Source: Mobula hypostoma (Eukaryota). Taken from it: a stretch of DNA of 64,000 bases. Of this stretch, positions 25,399 through 38,874 are shown piece after piece. The DNA lies in contig NC_086097.1 in assembly GCF_963921235.1 (NCBI RefSeq), positions 251,350,001-251,414,000 of the forward strand, read 5' to 3'. Every line of letters begins with the position of its first letter. Position 1 is the stretch's first letter. A program made the translations under genes and the position numbers. The notes under the pieces are model-generated. The model made no database searches and had not been told where the DNA came from. It was given only the letters and a program-made list of their open reading frames with translations.

Positions 25399-27530
25399 AC
25401 TTTTGACCATACAGGAAGTGACTGAATTTCTTGACTCCCCACACGAGGCTTAGGGCCTCTCTGTCAATCTGTGCGTAGTTGCATTCAGCTGAAGTTAGCA
25501 TTCTTGATGCAAAGGCTATTGGTCTTTCTGAGCCATCTGGAAACTTGTGCGATAACGCAGCTCCTATCTCATGGGGCGAGGCATCACAAGCCAGTCGGAT
25601 AGGTAAGGAGGGGTCAAAGTGCACATGCATTTCACAGTGCATGCCACACACTAACCTGTCCCTCAATGCGTCTGATAGGCCAGCTCCAAACTGACAATGT
25701 TCTGATCATTTGTGCAATTCAGCACAATATTCAGAAATGCTTTCATTTTTGCTCTGATTCCGTTTATGGAATTTAAATCTTTTAGCAATGACCAGTGGTT
25801 TGGGGTTTAAATGCTGTTGGAAAGTGTCTACTACTTGCTTGAACATTTTGTCAGCTGGCTTTTCAGGGGTTAACAAGCTCCGCAGCAGGCCGTATGTTTT
25901 CGTGCCCATTACACTAAGGCTACGTCCACGCAATGCCGGATAATTTTGAAAACACTGGTTTCGAGTAAAAACGACAGGTGTCCACACTAAGCATTTTTCA
26001 AAATATCTCTGTCCGCATTAGACGGATATTTGGGCGAATCTCCTCTACTGGGCATGCACAGGACACACAGAAAACAAGCGAGGAGGAAATGGTATACTTG
26101 GTGTGCATTTGCCCAGTTACAGAATAGAAAAACTTAAAAGGAATTGCTCTTGGCTCTCGCGCAGGAGGACTTAAAACTAAAAAAAACAAATGCTGGAGCG
26201 TATGGAGGCAACCGACAGGGAGTTCACGGACAGTATGACCCAGCTGACGACGAACATTGAAAAACTGACTAACTCTGTTGCATTAATAAAGCACCCTGTT
26301 AAATGTATAAAACATGTCTGCATCAGTGTTATCTTGTATTTCCATACAATGTTACATTAGGCTGTTAACATCTACTGTCAGAGAAGTACTTGCTTAAATA
26401 GGTAAGCCACCTTCATACCAGCAAGGACAGAAAACAGGGCAAAGTGAGTATACTTATTTATTCAGTAAGCTATGGGTCAAAGTATTTGGTGAGTACATTT
26501 CTAACTCTTCTGGCTTCAGTCTCGTTGCCGTCTGTTCTGAAATTGTTAAGTTCTGCGAAGCACAGAATCAAATATCGCTGTGATGATTGTACACCCTAGT
26601 ATCAATTGTTTGGCGACAATAAAGTAATAATAATAATAAGAAGAAGAAAACAATGAAATGCCGTGCTGTCGCCATCTGTTGCGGCACGTCATGACAGCGG
26701 TTTTAAAAAGCTCCATTCACCATGTCCACACTGCAACGGATATTAGGTGTTTTCAGATTTATTCACTCTGGAGACCGTTTCTGGAAATCTCCGTTTTCGG
26801 GGATGAAAACGCCGTTTTAGTGTGGACAGAGGGTCAAAACGAAGAGAAAAAGCTTCATTTTCAAAATTATCTGGCGTAGTGTGGACATAGCCTAAGTAAG
26901 ATGCTGGCTTTCTTTTCTTCATTAACATCGTTAGCATCACAATATAACTCTATTCTTTCAATATAAACTGCCCAGTCTTCAATGCGACTATCAAATACTG
27001 TAATGTTTCCAATTAACGCCATCCTTGTTATGTTAATTTATCCTTGTTATGTGAATTTAGCCCTGGCCCCTTGTTTTCTTTTTGATTCACATGACTTTTG
27101 TTTTTACTAGCGTCGCAAGCGTACTCTGGCTAGATGTGTGTGTCGCTCCTTTTTTTTAATCTCCCTTCTGGGTCAAGCAGACCCTCAGCCCCTGAGGTCA
27201 GCACCGGCTGTGATCTCGGCTGGATGTGTTGTGGCTCCCGCTTCCTTTCGGACTCATGGCCTTGCTCTCCTCTTCCGAGTGTCGTTATCACTTATAACAC
27301 GGTGTTTCGATACAATATAGGTTCATTAACCTCGTTGCCAATTTGTTGTGTTTGTGGCTGTTTACACAACAATATCGTTAATAAAAACACTGGAGACGGG
27401 AGCTAAATCAACAGGGTTCTTCACTGACTAAAACCGAACTGAACACACATATATACAGATCCATACGCGCCTAATAGCGCATGCTCAATATGATGTATTA
27501 GTACAACATAAAGTAGTCCTATATTATACA
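25399..27530 (-). mobile_element. Ty3/Gypsy LTR retrotransposon remnant: 5' LTR 27344-27530, PBS 27331-27340, gag from 27022, RNase H-like segment
   Basis: TG...CA LTR; PBS TGGCAACGAG; gag MALIGNITVFD...DWAVYIER...ALRDRLVCG; LACDAS...ERPIAFASR...NYAQIDREAL. Confidence 0.9.
25918..26892. mobile_element. Non-autonomous PIF/Harbinger DNA transposon (975 bp)
   Basis: Terminal inverted repeats GGCTAYGTCCAC...GCCRGATAATTTTGAAAA; TAA TSD at 25915-25917 and 26893-26895; removing it restores the gag frame. Confidence 0.9.
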
Positions 27531-27576
27531 CGCAAACACAAGGAAATCTGCAGATGCTGGAAATTCAAGTAACATG

Positions 27577-27616
27577 CACAAAATGCTGGTGGAACGCGTT
27601 CCACCAGCATTTTGTG
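27577..27616. repeat. Perfect 40-bp palindrome derived from a Penelope end
   Basis: cacaaaatgctggtggaacg|cgttccaccagcattttgtg. Confidence 0.95.
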
Positions 27617-28261
27617 TGTGTTGCCTGTATTAAATAATAAGTTATATGGTACAAACTCCAACATTTTTGTGACCACTGAGGTCAGGGTAACTGGCCTATA
27701 ATTTCCTTTCTTCTGCCTCTCTCCCTTTTGAAGAGTGGCCTGACATTTGCAATTTGAGAACCCTTGTGTGTACAGGAGCGAGATATTTCAGCTAGTTGAG
27801 TGGAGTCACAACAACTTTGCACTCAATATCAGTAAGAACTGACTGGGGACTTCAGAGAGTGTAAAATGAGGGAACACACACCTGTCCTCATCGAGGGATC
27901 AGAAATGGAGAGACTAAGCAATTTCAAGTTCCTGGGTGCCAACATCTCTGAGGATCTATCCTGGGCCCAACATATTGATGCAGTTACAAAGAAGGAACAA
28001 TAGCGGCTATATTTCATTAGGAGTTTGAAGTGATTTGTTATGTCACTAAAGACACTTGCAGATTTCTAAAGATGCACCATGGAGAGCACTCCAACTGACT
28101 GCCTCACCGTCTAGTATGGGGGCGGGGGGGGTACTGCGCAGGATCGAAAGATATTACAGGAAGTTGTGAACTCAGTCAGCTCCCCCATGGGCACTCTCCT
28201 CCCCGGTATCCAAGACACCATAGAAGGTGATGCCTCAAAAAGGAAGTATCTGTCAGTAAGG

Positions 28262-29010
28262 ACACCTGCCACTACCTCTCCAGTGTCATTTTCCAGCGGT
28301 TCAATATCGACTCTTGCCTCCCTTTTTCTGTTCATATATCTGAAAAAAAAACTTTTGATATCTTCTTTGATATTATTGGCTGGCTTACCTTTATATTTCG
28401 TCTTTTCCCTTCTTATGAATTTTTTAGTTGCCTTCTGTTGGGTTTTAAAAGCTTCCCAGTCCTTTAACTTCCCACCAATTGTTGCTCTATTATATGTCCT
28501 ATCTTTTGTTTTTACATTGCCTTTGACTTCCCTTCTCAGCCATGGTTGTGTCATCCTGCCTTTAGAATATTTCTTCATTGGGTTGTATCTACCCTGTGCC
28601 TTCCGAATTGCTCCCAGAACTCCAACCATTGCTGCTCTGCTGTCATCCCTGCTAGTGTTTCCTTCTAAAAAAAACTTTGTTCAGCTCCTCTCTTGTGTCT
28701 CTGTAATTCCCTTTACTCCACTGTAATACTGATACTTCTGACTTTAGCTTCTCCTCTCAAATTGCAGGGTGAATTCTATCATATTATGATCACTCTCTCC
28801 TATGGGTTCCTTTACCTTTAGCTCCCTAATCAAATTCAGTTCATTAAACAACACCCAATCCAGAATATCTGATCCCCTAGTGGGCTCAACCACATGCTGC
28901 TCTAAAAAACCCATCTCATAGGAATTCTACAAATTCTCTCTCTTGGGATCCAAAATCAGCACCAACCTAGTTTTTCCAATCTATCTGCATATTGAAACCG
29001 GCGTCACAAT
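28262..29010 (-). mobile_element. CR1 internal fragment, adjacent to a + strand Rex1/Babar fragment (about 27770-28250)
   Basis: QPWL...DWEAFKTQQKATK...NIKEDIKSFF in ORF 28111-28629. Confidence 0.75.
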
Positions 29011-29238
29011 TGTAAAGCATGCCTTTTTGACATGCCAATGATATTAAACCTAATTCTCAATCAGCAGTGTATTTCCTGATGAAGGGTCTCAGCCGGAAAT
29101 GTCGACTCCTTATTCCTCTCCAAAGATGATGCCTGACCTGTTGAGTTCCTGCGTGTGTGTGTGTATGCCTGTGTATTTTCACAGTACACCCCTTTGTAAC
29201 TGGGAACTCATTGTGGATGTTTTTGTCTTCCTTTTCAG

Positions 29239-29404
29239 GCTTGTCACCTTCTACATTTGCTGCGTATCCCACACAGGCATCAGTTATTTCCACTGAGATC
29301 TGTCAGCAACCCGTTTTGGTCATACCCCGAGTTCATCAGCCGCCAACAGCATTCTATCCAGCCACTGTGCAGCTCTACGTGAACTACTCAGCATTTTACC
29401 CAAG
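29239..29404 (+). CDS. esrp1: esrp1 coding exon, Pro/Tyr-rich region (CLSPSTFAAYP...QLYVNYSAFYP)
   Basis: Acceptor ccttttcag|, donor AG|gtgaga; resembles ESRP CLSPP...QLFMNYTAYYPS; ends in phase 2. Confidence 0.92.
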
Positions 29405-30969
29405 GTGAGAATTTCCAGCAGAAAGTCTGTGGTAATGAGTGAAAATGGAATTTCCTAGTGGCCAACCATTTTAATTCCTATCCCTGTTCCCATCCCAACA
29501 TTGATCTTTTGCCACAATGCTGTCACTCTCAGGTTGGAGGAGTAACACTTCATGTTCCGTCTAGGTAGTCTCCAACCTGATGGCATGAACGTTGATTTCT
29601 TCAACTTCCGGTAATTTTTCTCCACCCCCTTCCCTCTTCTTCTGTTCTCCTCTCTGGCCACCCTCTTACCTCTTCTCTAAGCTGGGGGTGGGGGGCTAAG
29701 CTAGTGCCCGTTTATTTGTTTGTCATCACATGGAGAGTTGCAAATGGCTAAAGATTGTTTTTTTTTGTGTGAAAAATGCTGAGCAAGAGATTACGAGGTG
29801 ACCTGAAATATTTTTTGCCACCAACACGGGCTTGAGAGGGTGTGGAGGTAGAGGTCCGAGGCCCTCCATTGGTCAGGGTCGACCATGGTTGTTGAGTCCC
29901 AGCTGTCTGCGTATATACAAGCCTGGGCAGTAGGATATGGAGAGCAAGCTGTTGCCCATGTAACAAGCTCCCCCTCTCCACACAGCCCTTGAGTCCAAAG
30001 GAACAGCACAGACCAATACAGTTTGGCACCAGGAGTTGCCAGACAGCGTTGAACTCAATGTAGGACTGAGTTAGGGACGCCAGCTCCAGATTTCTCCTTG
30101 GGGTTTACTCATGAAGCCTTCCCAATGAGGGGCCATAGCTGCAAGGCAGCGGAGCTCTGAGATCAAGAGTTTTTCTTCTCCTAGATGAGCTGCCAACCGT
30201 GGCTGATGGGCCCCAGCTGCCTGTGAGACCTAGAGGCAGAGGCATTCTCACAAGATTTTAACTTCAGAGGTTGAAACGGTTTGTTTCCTTTTTGTTGAAG
30301 ACTGTTTGTTGTTTTGGATTCGCTCTCGACCCTGAGATTGGGAATGTTCATTAAGCTACTGGCATTTCTTTTGCTCAGCAGCTTACAACCAGGTGAGGCA
30401 AGTCTCTGAACTGATTCACTGGTTGGGAAGTACAGATTTTCTCGTTAGTATAGATATCTAATTATTTTCAGGTCACCATGGTCACTTGCAAAATAGTGAT
30501 GACTGGATTCACAGACTGATATGTTGTCAAGTTGTAATGGAGTACATCACCTGTAGTGTTAGTTATCTTTTCATACCAGTGAAGTAATTATTTGGCATAA
30601 AAGGCGGAAGGATATTATCAATTTTTGAAGTGTGGCAAGATGGTGCCAGCGACCAACGGCAATGTCCTGCAGACAGTTCACGAAACTACGTCTTCTTCTC
30701 CTTCTTTTAAATATACTTCTACTACTAATCTGTGTGCAATTGGAGCCTGTAATCTACGTTTTCATAATGTGCTTTTGGGCCAACTGAGCGATCTGGTGCT
30801 TTTGCTGTCTCCGAGGGAATTTGGCGTGGTTGCGACTGTCGTGGAGCCTAACGGTGGAGAGTCGCCCACGACCGGCTGGCAGAGCACAGTTTGTATGGCT
30901 TCAGAGCTGTGTATCACACACGGCTACAAGCAGCACTGGGGGTTATATTGGCTCCCTTCCTGTTGACCC

Positions 30970-32875
30970 GGTATACCTCTGACTTTAGATTACAACACTG
31001 AGTTTTGTCATCTGCAGAAATTCTCTGATGACTCAACAATAGTTGGGTGTTTAAAGGGAGGATGGGAGGATGAATACAGGGTGCTGAAGGAGGACTTTGT
31101 CCGATGGTGCAAGCTGAATCATCTGCAGCTCAACATCAGTAAGACAGAGGAGATGGCGATGGACTTTAAGAAGACTAAGCCTGCATTGCTCCCTGTTACT
31201 ACTGACGATAAGGACCTGGTTGACAGACTTGAGTGGAGCACCAACACAGAGGCTGAGTACAAGAAGGGCCAGAGTCACCTCTACTTCCTGAGGAGACTGA
31301 GGTCCTTTGGAGTGTGCAGGCCTCTCCCTCACATATTCTACCGGTCTGTCGTCGCCATTACAGTCTTCTATGTGGTGGTGTGCTGAGGCATTGGCATCAA
31401 CGTGGCTCGATAAACTGATTAGAAAGGCTGGCTCTGTTATAGAAGTCAAACTGGACACACTGGAGGCTTTGTTAGACCCTGTGGAAAATCCTGGCAATTC
31501 TATACAATGTTTACCACCTTGGCTGAATAGCAGAGCACTTCTAGTAATAGACTAAGATAACTGTGCTGCTCCAAAGAGCGATATATGAGGTCATTCTTAC
31601 CCCCAGCCATTAGGCTCTATAATGAGTTAACCTATAGCCAGGGAAGTGATGACCCCCTCCTGTTAGACCGTTTGAAGTAACCCTTTTAAATTCTTTCTTG
31701 CTTCTCTTCTGATATTTGTATCTATGCAGACAGGAAGCAAAGAGTGGGAATAAACGGGACCTTTTCAGAATGGCAGGCGGTGACTAGTGGGGTACCGCAA
31801 GGCTCAGTGCTGGGACCCCAGTTGTTTACAGTATATATTAATGACTTGGATGAGGGAATTAAATGCAGCATCTCCAAGTTTGCAGATGACACGAAGCTGG
31901 GCGGCAGTGTTAGCTGTGAGGAGGATGCTAAGAGGATGCAGGGTGACTTGGATAGGTTGGGTGAGTGGGCAAATTCATGGCAGATGCAATTTAATGTGGA
32001 TAAATGTGAAGTCATCCACTTTGGTGGCAAAAATAGGAAAACAGATTATTATCTGAATGGTGGCCGATTAGGAAAAGGGGAGGTGCAACGAGACCTGGGT
32101 GTCATTATACACCAGTCATTGAAAGTGGGCATGCAGGTACAGCAGGCGGTGAAAAAGGCGAATGGTATGCTGGCATTTATAGCAAGAGGATTCGAGTACA
32201 AGAGCAGGGAGGTACTACTGCCGTTGTACAAGGCCTTGGTGAGACCACACCTGGAGTATTGTGTGCAGTTTTGGTCCCCTAATCTGAGGAAAGACATCCT
32301 TGCCATAGAGGGAGTACAAAGAAGGTTCACCAGATTGATTCCTGGGATGGCAGGACTTTCATATGAAGAAAGACTGGATGAACTGGGCTTGTACTTGTTG
32401 GAATTTAGAAGATTGAGGGGGGATCTGATTGAAACGTATAAGATCCTAAAGGGACTGGACAGGCTAGATGCAGGAAGATTGTTCCCGATGTTGGGGAAGT
32501 CCAGAACGAGGGTTCACAGTTTGAGGATAGAAGGGAAACCTTTTAGGACCGAGATTAGGAAAAACTTCTTCACACAGAGAGTGGTGAATCTGTGGAATTC
32601 TCTGCCACAGGAAACAGTTGAGGCCAGTTCATTGGCTATATTTAAGAGGGAGTTAGATATGGCCCTTGTGGCTACGGGGGTCAGGGGGTATGGAGGGAAG
32701 GCTGAGGCGGGGTTCTGAGTTGGATGATCAGCCATGATCATAATAAATGGCGGTGCAGGCTCGAAGGGCCGAATGGCCTACTCCTGCACCTATTTTCTAT
32801 GTTTCTATGTTTCTATGCACTTGTAATGTTCCTGTGACACTGTAATTTCCTTCGGAATCAATGAAGTATCTATCA
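30970..32875 (+). mobile_element. Rex1/Babar-like LINE 3' part, hosting a CR1 insertion
   Basis: KFSDD and WCKLNHLQLNISKT...LYFLRRLRSFGV motifs. Confidence 0.75.
31729..32811 (+). mobile_element. Young CR1 LINE, 5'-truncated, with 8-bp TSD
   Basis: 324-aa RT ORF (FADD); (TTTCTATG)n tail; TCTATGCA at 31721-31728 and 32812-32819. Confidence 0.95.
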
Positions 32876-33429
32876 CTGTATTGCACTGTACTGCTGCCAC
32901 AAAACAACACGTTTCAGAACATCTGTCCGTGATAATAAACCTGATTCTGATTCTGAAATACCTGGACTCAACAATTGCCAAATGTGTCAATCCACTGTTC
33001 AGCTGTAAAGTTCCGGTTTCATATAGCAGAGCTCACTTAAGTTCAAAACTTTCCAATTTTGATGTGTTAGGGTGTATTCTGGAGTTATGGAATACGGCAA
33101 GTAATAATTTCAACAGCAACCAGTCTTCAGATTTGAATGTAGACTGTAGATTGAATTCAAAATGCGGCTGGGAACAATGGTCTTCCTGAAGCTGCAGACT
33201 GGGGTTGATTGCAAACCAGGAAACACCCCATTCACCTGAGACTTTGGCTTATGCATTAGTTCAGCCCGGAGACAGGAGACATCAATATTCGATTTGGGTG
33301 CCTGGACTGTTGTGTGAAGATCTAGGTGTTTGGAAGTTATATGTAACTGGAAGGAGCATTATGAATGCATTGTAAGTATAGAATTGTCCTGCTGTTACCT
33401 TTGATCTTTAACATATAAAAATACGATGC

Positions 33430-34056
33430 AATTTGATGTTGTGGTGTTCACCGATTAGTTTGCAGACGTTTCATCACCAGTCGAGGTGACACTCTGAGTG
33501 TGCAGTTGTTGGTGTTTCTCCCTGGGGGAGTGTGGCCTCCGTCGGTCGTGGTCGACTGTGGGTACTGCGCCTCTGGTAGTCACCGGTTTGTCGAGCAGCG
33601 TCGACTGTGACTATTGAGGCTGATCCTGGAACAGCAGGCTCTGCCACAGCTGCTGCATGTGTAGGCATCATGGAATTGTCCGCTGTCTGCTGTGCTCTCC
33701 GTTCAGCTCTCCGCTCCTCAAACTGACTCAGAATTGCTCTTTTGCCTCAGTCTAGGCGTTGCTGAAGAGCACCTCGCCATTTGTTGCAGTCATCTGCTGT
33801 ATCCTTGATTTTTAAGGCTTTCATGTCACGCTTGCAGAGGTCCTTGAGGCGAAGCCGGGGCCTACCAACGTTCCTCTTGCCTGTTGCACTCCCTGCGAGT
33901 GCTCACGTTTATACAGACCCCACTTGCTTGCCTATCCAAACACGAGCACTCCCAGAGAGACACACCATCAACTGCGCACTGAGGCTGTCTCCTCGACTGG
34001 CGATGAAAATGTCTGCAAACGAGTTGCCAAGCTCGGTGAATACCGCAATATCAAAT
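33430..34056. mobile_element. Foldback element with hammerhead-like arms (second family), split by an RTE fragment
   Basis: 33430-33532 is the approximate reverse complement of 33946-34056; arms carry ctgag..tgtc.cctcgactgg.ga.gaaa.gtctgca. Confidence 0.7.
33533..33888 (-). mobile_element. RTE-clade LINE 3' fragment
   Basis: GKRNVGRPRLRLKDLCKRDMK followed by a C-terminal CSSCGRAC...SHSRRC zinc-finger-like motif; imperfect ctccctg..gagtg duplication at both ends. Confidence 0.75.
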
Positions 34057-36964
34057 GCCTCAGCCAGAGCTACCAATATCCACCAGCCTGTGTTGTAATG
34101 CTGGGCTAGGGAGCCGCTCCCAGGGTGACTCCAAACACTGTTGGTTTGTGTGTGCCCAATAAAGACCTCTACGCTACCAGCTGCGGGTCTCTCTGGTAGC
34201 TTTTGCTGACAGGCACAACAATGTGAAAACATCACCTCAAAGCTGAATATAATTCCCTGTGGTGGTCTTTAAAACTCAGCCAACACTGCAATACCAATGA
34301 GGAAAGCATCCAGTTGTTTATTTTGGACTGATTGAATGTGCCTCTAGCTAAGCTGCTTAATGGCCATTATTATCTTCAGTTACTATTTTAAAATTCATGA
34401 GCATGAAAAAGTCATAAAAATAAAAATATTTGTTTAAAAAGGGCAAGTTAATGACTAAACCTCAGCGAGTAAACCAGCCTGGTTAACTTCATTGTAATGT
34501 TAAGAATTTTGACCCTCTAAGCAATAGCAAACAAGCACTTGCTTGTACGCTGACAAAATGAGATGCCCTGAGAAGCTGCTGATATTTCTCTGCCTGATGC
34601 TGGAATTCAGCCAGTCACGAATTCTCTCAATGACCCTTGCAACTCATGATCTCGGTATTATTTATTAATTCTTTTTGTGTGATTTTGATTGGGGCGGCCA
34701 CAGATAATGAACGACACAGTATTAGATTAAACTAGAACTGAACTGGAACTGAATATGCCTGGACTATTTCCATGACTCTTGTGGGTTGGAGTTTTATATC
34801 CTGTGATTTTCGCTCGTTTATATTTTGCCGTTTGCGCAGGGGAGGGGGGTCTGACATTTTCTTTGAAAGGGTTCCACGGTTTTCTTTGTTTTGTGGCTGT
34901 CTGTGGGAAGATGAATCTCAGGGTTGTATACTGCATACAGACTTTGATAATCAATGTACTTTGAACTTGAACTTCAACTTTGAGCTTTTATTTGCATGAT
35001 TTGTATTCTTTTGCACTTTGTCAGTCTTTGTTATTTACAGTTATTCTTAAATTCTATTGTATTTCTTTATTTTCCTGTAAATTCCAGCACAGAAATGAAC
35101 CTCAAGGTAGTATTCAGTGACAAATACGTACTTAGATAATATATTTGACTTTGACCTTGAAAAAAGTATTTGCAGATAGTCACTCCTCCCACTTCCCTTT
35201 TTTCCATGGTCTTCTGTCCTCTCCTATCAGATTCCCCCCTCTCCAGCCCTTTATCTCTTTCAACAAATTTCACCTATTTACAACTGCTTTTCCCAGAGTG
35301 GTGAATCTGTGGAATTCTTTGCCCAATGAAGCAGTGGAGGCTACCTCAGTAAATATATTTAAGACAGGATTGGATAGATTTTTGCATAGTAGGGGAATTA
35401 AGGGTTATGGGGAAAAGGCAGGTAGGTGGAGATGAGTCCATGGCCAGATCAGCCATGATCTTATTGAATGGTGGAGCAGGCTCGATGGGCCAGATGGCCG
35501 ACTCCTGCTCCTATTTCTTATGTTCTCATGTTCAATTGACTTCCCAGCTCTTTACTTCACCCCTTCCCCTTCCGATTTCACCTACCACCTACCACCTACT
35601 ACCTTGTACTACTTGGTACGGAGGGGCCACTGCACAGGACCAGAAAAACTGCAGAAAGTCGTAAACTCAGCCAGCTCCATTATGGCCTCCCCAGATCTGT
35701 CATTAAGGACCCCCACCACCCAGGACATGCCCTCTTCCATTGCTACCGTCAAGCAGGAGATATCAGAACATGAAGACACACAATCAATGGTTCAGGAACA
35801 GCTTCCTCCCCTCTGCCATCAGATTTCTGAATGGACATGGAACATGTGAACACTACATCACTATTTTTTCTCTCTTTTTTCACTACTTGTTTAATTTAAT
35901 TTTTTATACATATACTGTACTTATAATTCATAGATTTTATTATATATTGCGATAATTTACAGATTTTATTATATATTGCGATGTACAGCTGCTGCATAAC
36001 ATATTTCATGACATATGTTGGTGATATTAAACTTGATTCTGATTTTGACAGTAAGTTTTAAGAAAACATCAATATAATAGAGGGGGTAATTTACAACAAA
36101 CTCTGCAAATACGAAAAGGAAAGAAAAAATATATAATAAATAAGCAATAAATATTGAGAGCCTTGCATCCTGATGATGGTGTCAGTCCAAGTAGGGAAGG
36201 TGTCAGAAAATAACCCAGGGACCCAGGGTCACTACAAATAAAGCCCAAAGTTCAAAGTAAATGTATTATCAAAGTACATATATGTCACCCATATAAGACC
36301 ATATGACCACAAAACATAGGAGCAGAATTAGGCTATTCAATCTGTCAAGTCTGCTCTATCATTCCATCATGGCTGATTTATTATCCCTGTCAACCTCATT
36401 CTCCTGCCTTCCCCCTCCTCCCCCCCCGTAACCTTTGACACCCTGACTGATCAAGAACCCGTCAACCTCTGCTTCTTGTCTTCCCGGGGTCACAGGTAAG
36501 AGAAAATCTGCAGATGCTGGAAATCCAGAGCAACACACACAAAATGCTGGAGGAACTCAGCAGGCCAGGCAGCATCAGTGGAAAAAAGCACAGTCGATGC
36601 TTCAGGCTGAGACCCTTCGGCAGAACTTGAGGAAAAAAAAGCTGAGGAGTAAATTTGAAAGGTGGGGCCGAGGAGAAACACCAGGCGATAGGCGAACTTG
36701 GAGGGGGAGGGATGAAGTAAAGAGCTAGGAAGTTGACTGGTGAAAGAGACAGAAGGCCATGGAAGAAAGGAAAATGGGGTGAGGGAGGAGCACCAGAGAG
36801 AGGTGATGGGTGGGCAAGGAGATAACATGAGAGAGGAACAAGGGGGTGGGAAATAATGAAGGGGGCTGGCATTACCTGAAGTTTGAGAAATCGATCTTCA
36901 TGCCATCAGGTTGGAGGCTACCCAAACAGAATATAAGATGTCGTTCCCCCAACCTCATCATGAC

Positions 36965-38564
36965 ATTGATATTAAGGAAGAGGAGGTGTTGGAGTTGTTA
37001 AAATACATTAGGACGGATAAGTCCCCGGGGCCTGACGAAATATTCCCCAGGCTGCTCCACAAGGCGAGGGAAGAGATTGCTGAGCCCCTGGCTAGGATCT
37101 TTATGTCCTTGTTGTCCACGGGAATGGTACCAGAGGATTGGAGGGAGGCTAATGTTGTCCCCTTCTTCAAAAAAGGTAGTAGGGATAGTCTGGGTAAGCC
37201 ATGATGGAATGATAGTGAGCCTTATGTCTGTGGTGGGAAAGCTGTTGGAAAAGGTTCTTAGAGATAGGATCTATGGGCATTTAGAGAATCATGGTCTGAT
37301 CAGGGACAGTCAGCATGGCTTTGTGAAGGGCAGATCGTGTCTAACAAGCCTGATAGAGTTCTTTGAGGAGGTGACCAGGCATATAGATGAGGGTAGTGCA
37401 GTGGATGTGATCTATATGGATTTTAGTAAGGCATTTGACAAGGTTCCACACGGTAGGCTTATTCAAAAAGTCAGGAGGCATGGGATCCAGGGAAGTTTGG
37501 CCAGGTGGATTCAGAATTGGCTTGCCTGCAGAAGGCAGAGGGTGGTGGTGTAGGGAGTACATTCAGATTGGAGGATTGTGCCTAGTGGCGTCCCACAAGG
37601 ATCTGTTCTGGGACCTCTACTTTTCGTGATTTTTATACGACCTGGTTGTCGGGGTAGAGGGGTGAATTGGCAAGTTTTCAGATGACACAAAGGTTGGTGG
37701 TGTTGTGGATAGTGTAGAGGATTGTCGAAGATTGCAGAGAGACATTGATAGGATGCAGAAGTGGGCTGAGAAGTGGCAGATGGAGTTCAACCCGGAGAAG
37801 TGTGGGGTGGTACACTTTGGAAGGACAAACTCCAAGGCAGAGTACAAAGTAAATGGCAGGATATTTGGTAGTGTGGAAGAGCAGAGGGATCTGGGGGTAC
37901 ATGTTCACAGATCCCTGAAAGTTGCCTCACAGGTAGATAGGGTAGTTAAGAAAGCTTATGAGGTGTTAGCTTTAATAAGTCGAGGGATAGAGTTTAAGAG
38001 TTGTGATGTAATAATGCAGCTCTATAAAACTCTGGTTAGGCCACACTTGGAGTACTGTGTCCATTTCTGGTCGCCTCACTATAGGAAGGATGTGGAAGCA
38101 TTGGAAAGGGTACAGAGGAGATTTACCAGGATGCTGCCTGGTTTGGAGAGTATGCATTATGATCAGAGAATAAGGGAGCTAGGGCTTTACTCTTTGGAGA
38201 GAAGGAAGATGAGAGGAGATATGATAGAGGTATACAAGATAATAAGAGGAATAGATAGAATGGATAGCCAGCACCTCTTCCCCAGGGCACCACTGCTCAA
38301 TACAAGAGGACATGGCTTTAAGGTAAGGGGTGGGAAGTTCAAGGGGGATATTAGAGGAAGGTTTTTTACTCAGAGAGTGGTTGGTGTGTGGAATGCACTG
38401 CCTGAGTCAGTGGTGGAGGCAGATACACTACTGAAGTTTAAGAGACTACTAGACAGGTATATGGAGGAACTTAAGGTGGTGGGTTATATGGGAGGCAGGG
38501 TTTGAGGGTCAGCACAACATTGTGGGCCGAAGGGCCTGTACTATTCTCTGTTCTATATTCTATG
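36965..38564 (+). mobile_element. CR1 LINE, 5'-truncated, with stops and frameshifts
   Basis: Consecutive RT ORF fragments at 36911-37204, 37077-37553 and 37705-38505; ctatattctatg tail. Confidence 0.95.
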
Positions 38565-38874
38565 TAAAAGAGGAGGGTTGGGCATGGGGCTAGCAACCCT
38601 ATCCTTCAGAAACCCAGAGCTATAGCAATGCCAACAGAAGCTTCAAAGACCTCATCCCCAGGCGAGGGAGACAACCTGAAGTACTGGATGGGTGGGACAG
38701 AGGGTTCTGTCGAGCTGCCGTCATCAGCCAGTGCCCCAGTGGGGGTGAGGAGGCTTAAGAAGGAGAACAGTGTAATACCTGCCATAAAAATTCACCTGTA
38801 TAATATTCCAGAAGTTCCGTTAACAAGAAATTATGTTAATTTTATTAGTTCACAATAAGCATTTGTTATCCTTA

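Noticed and set aside
30379..30392. Possible microexon (ttgctcag|CAGCTTACAACCAG|gtgagg) replacing the missing exon
   Set aside because: No ESRP similarity, and neither the 14-nt nor the 11-nt form bridges phase 2 to phase 0; cannot be supported without RNA data.
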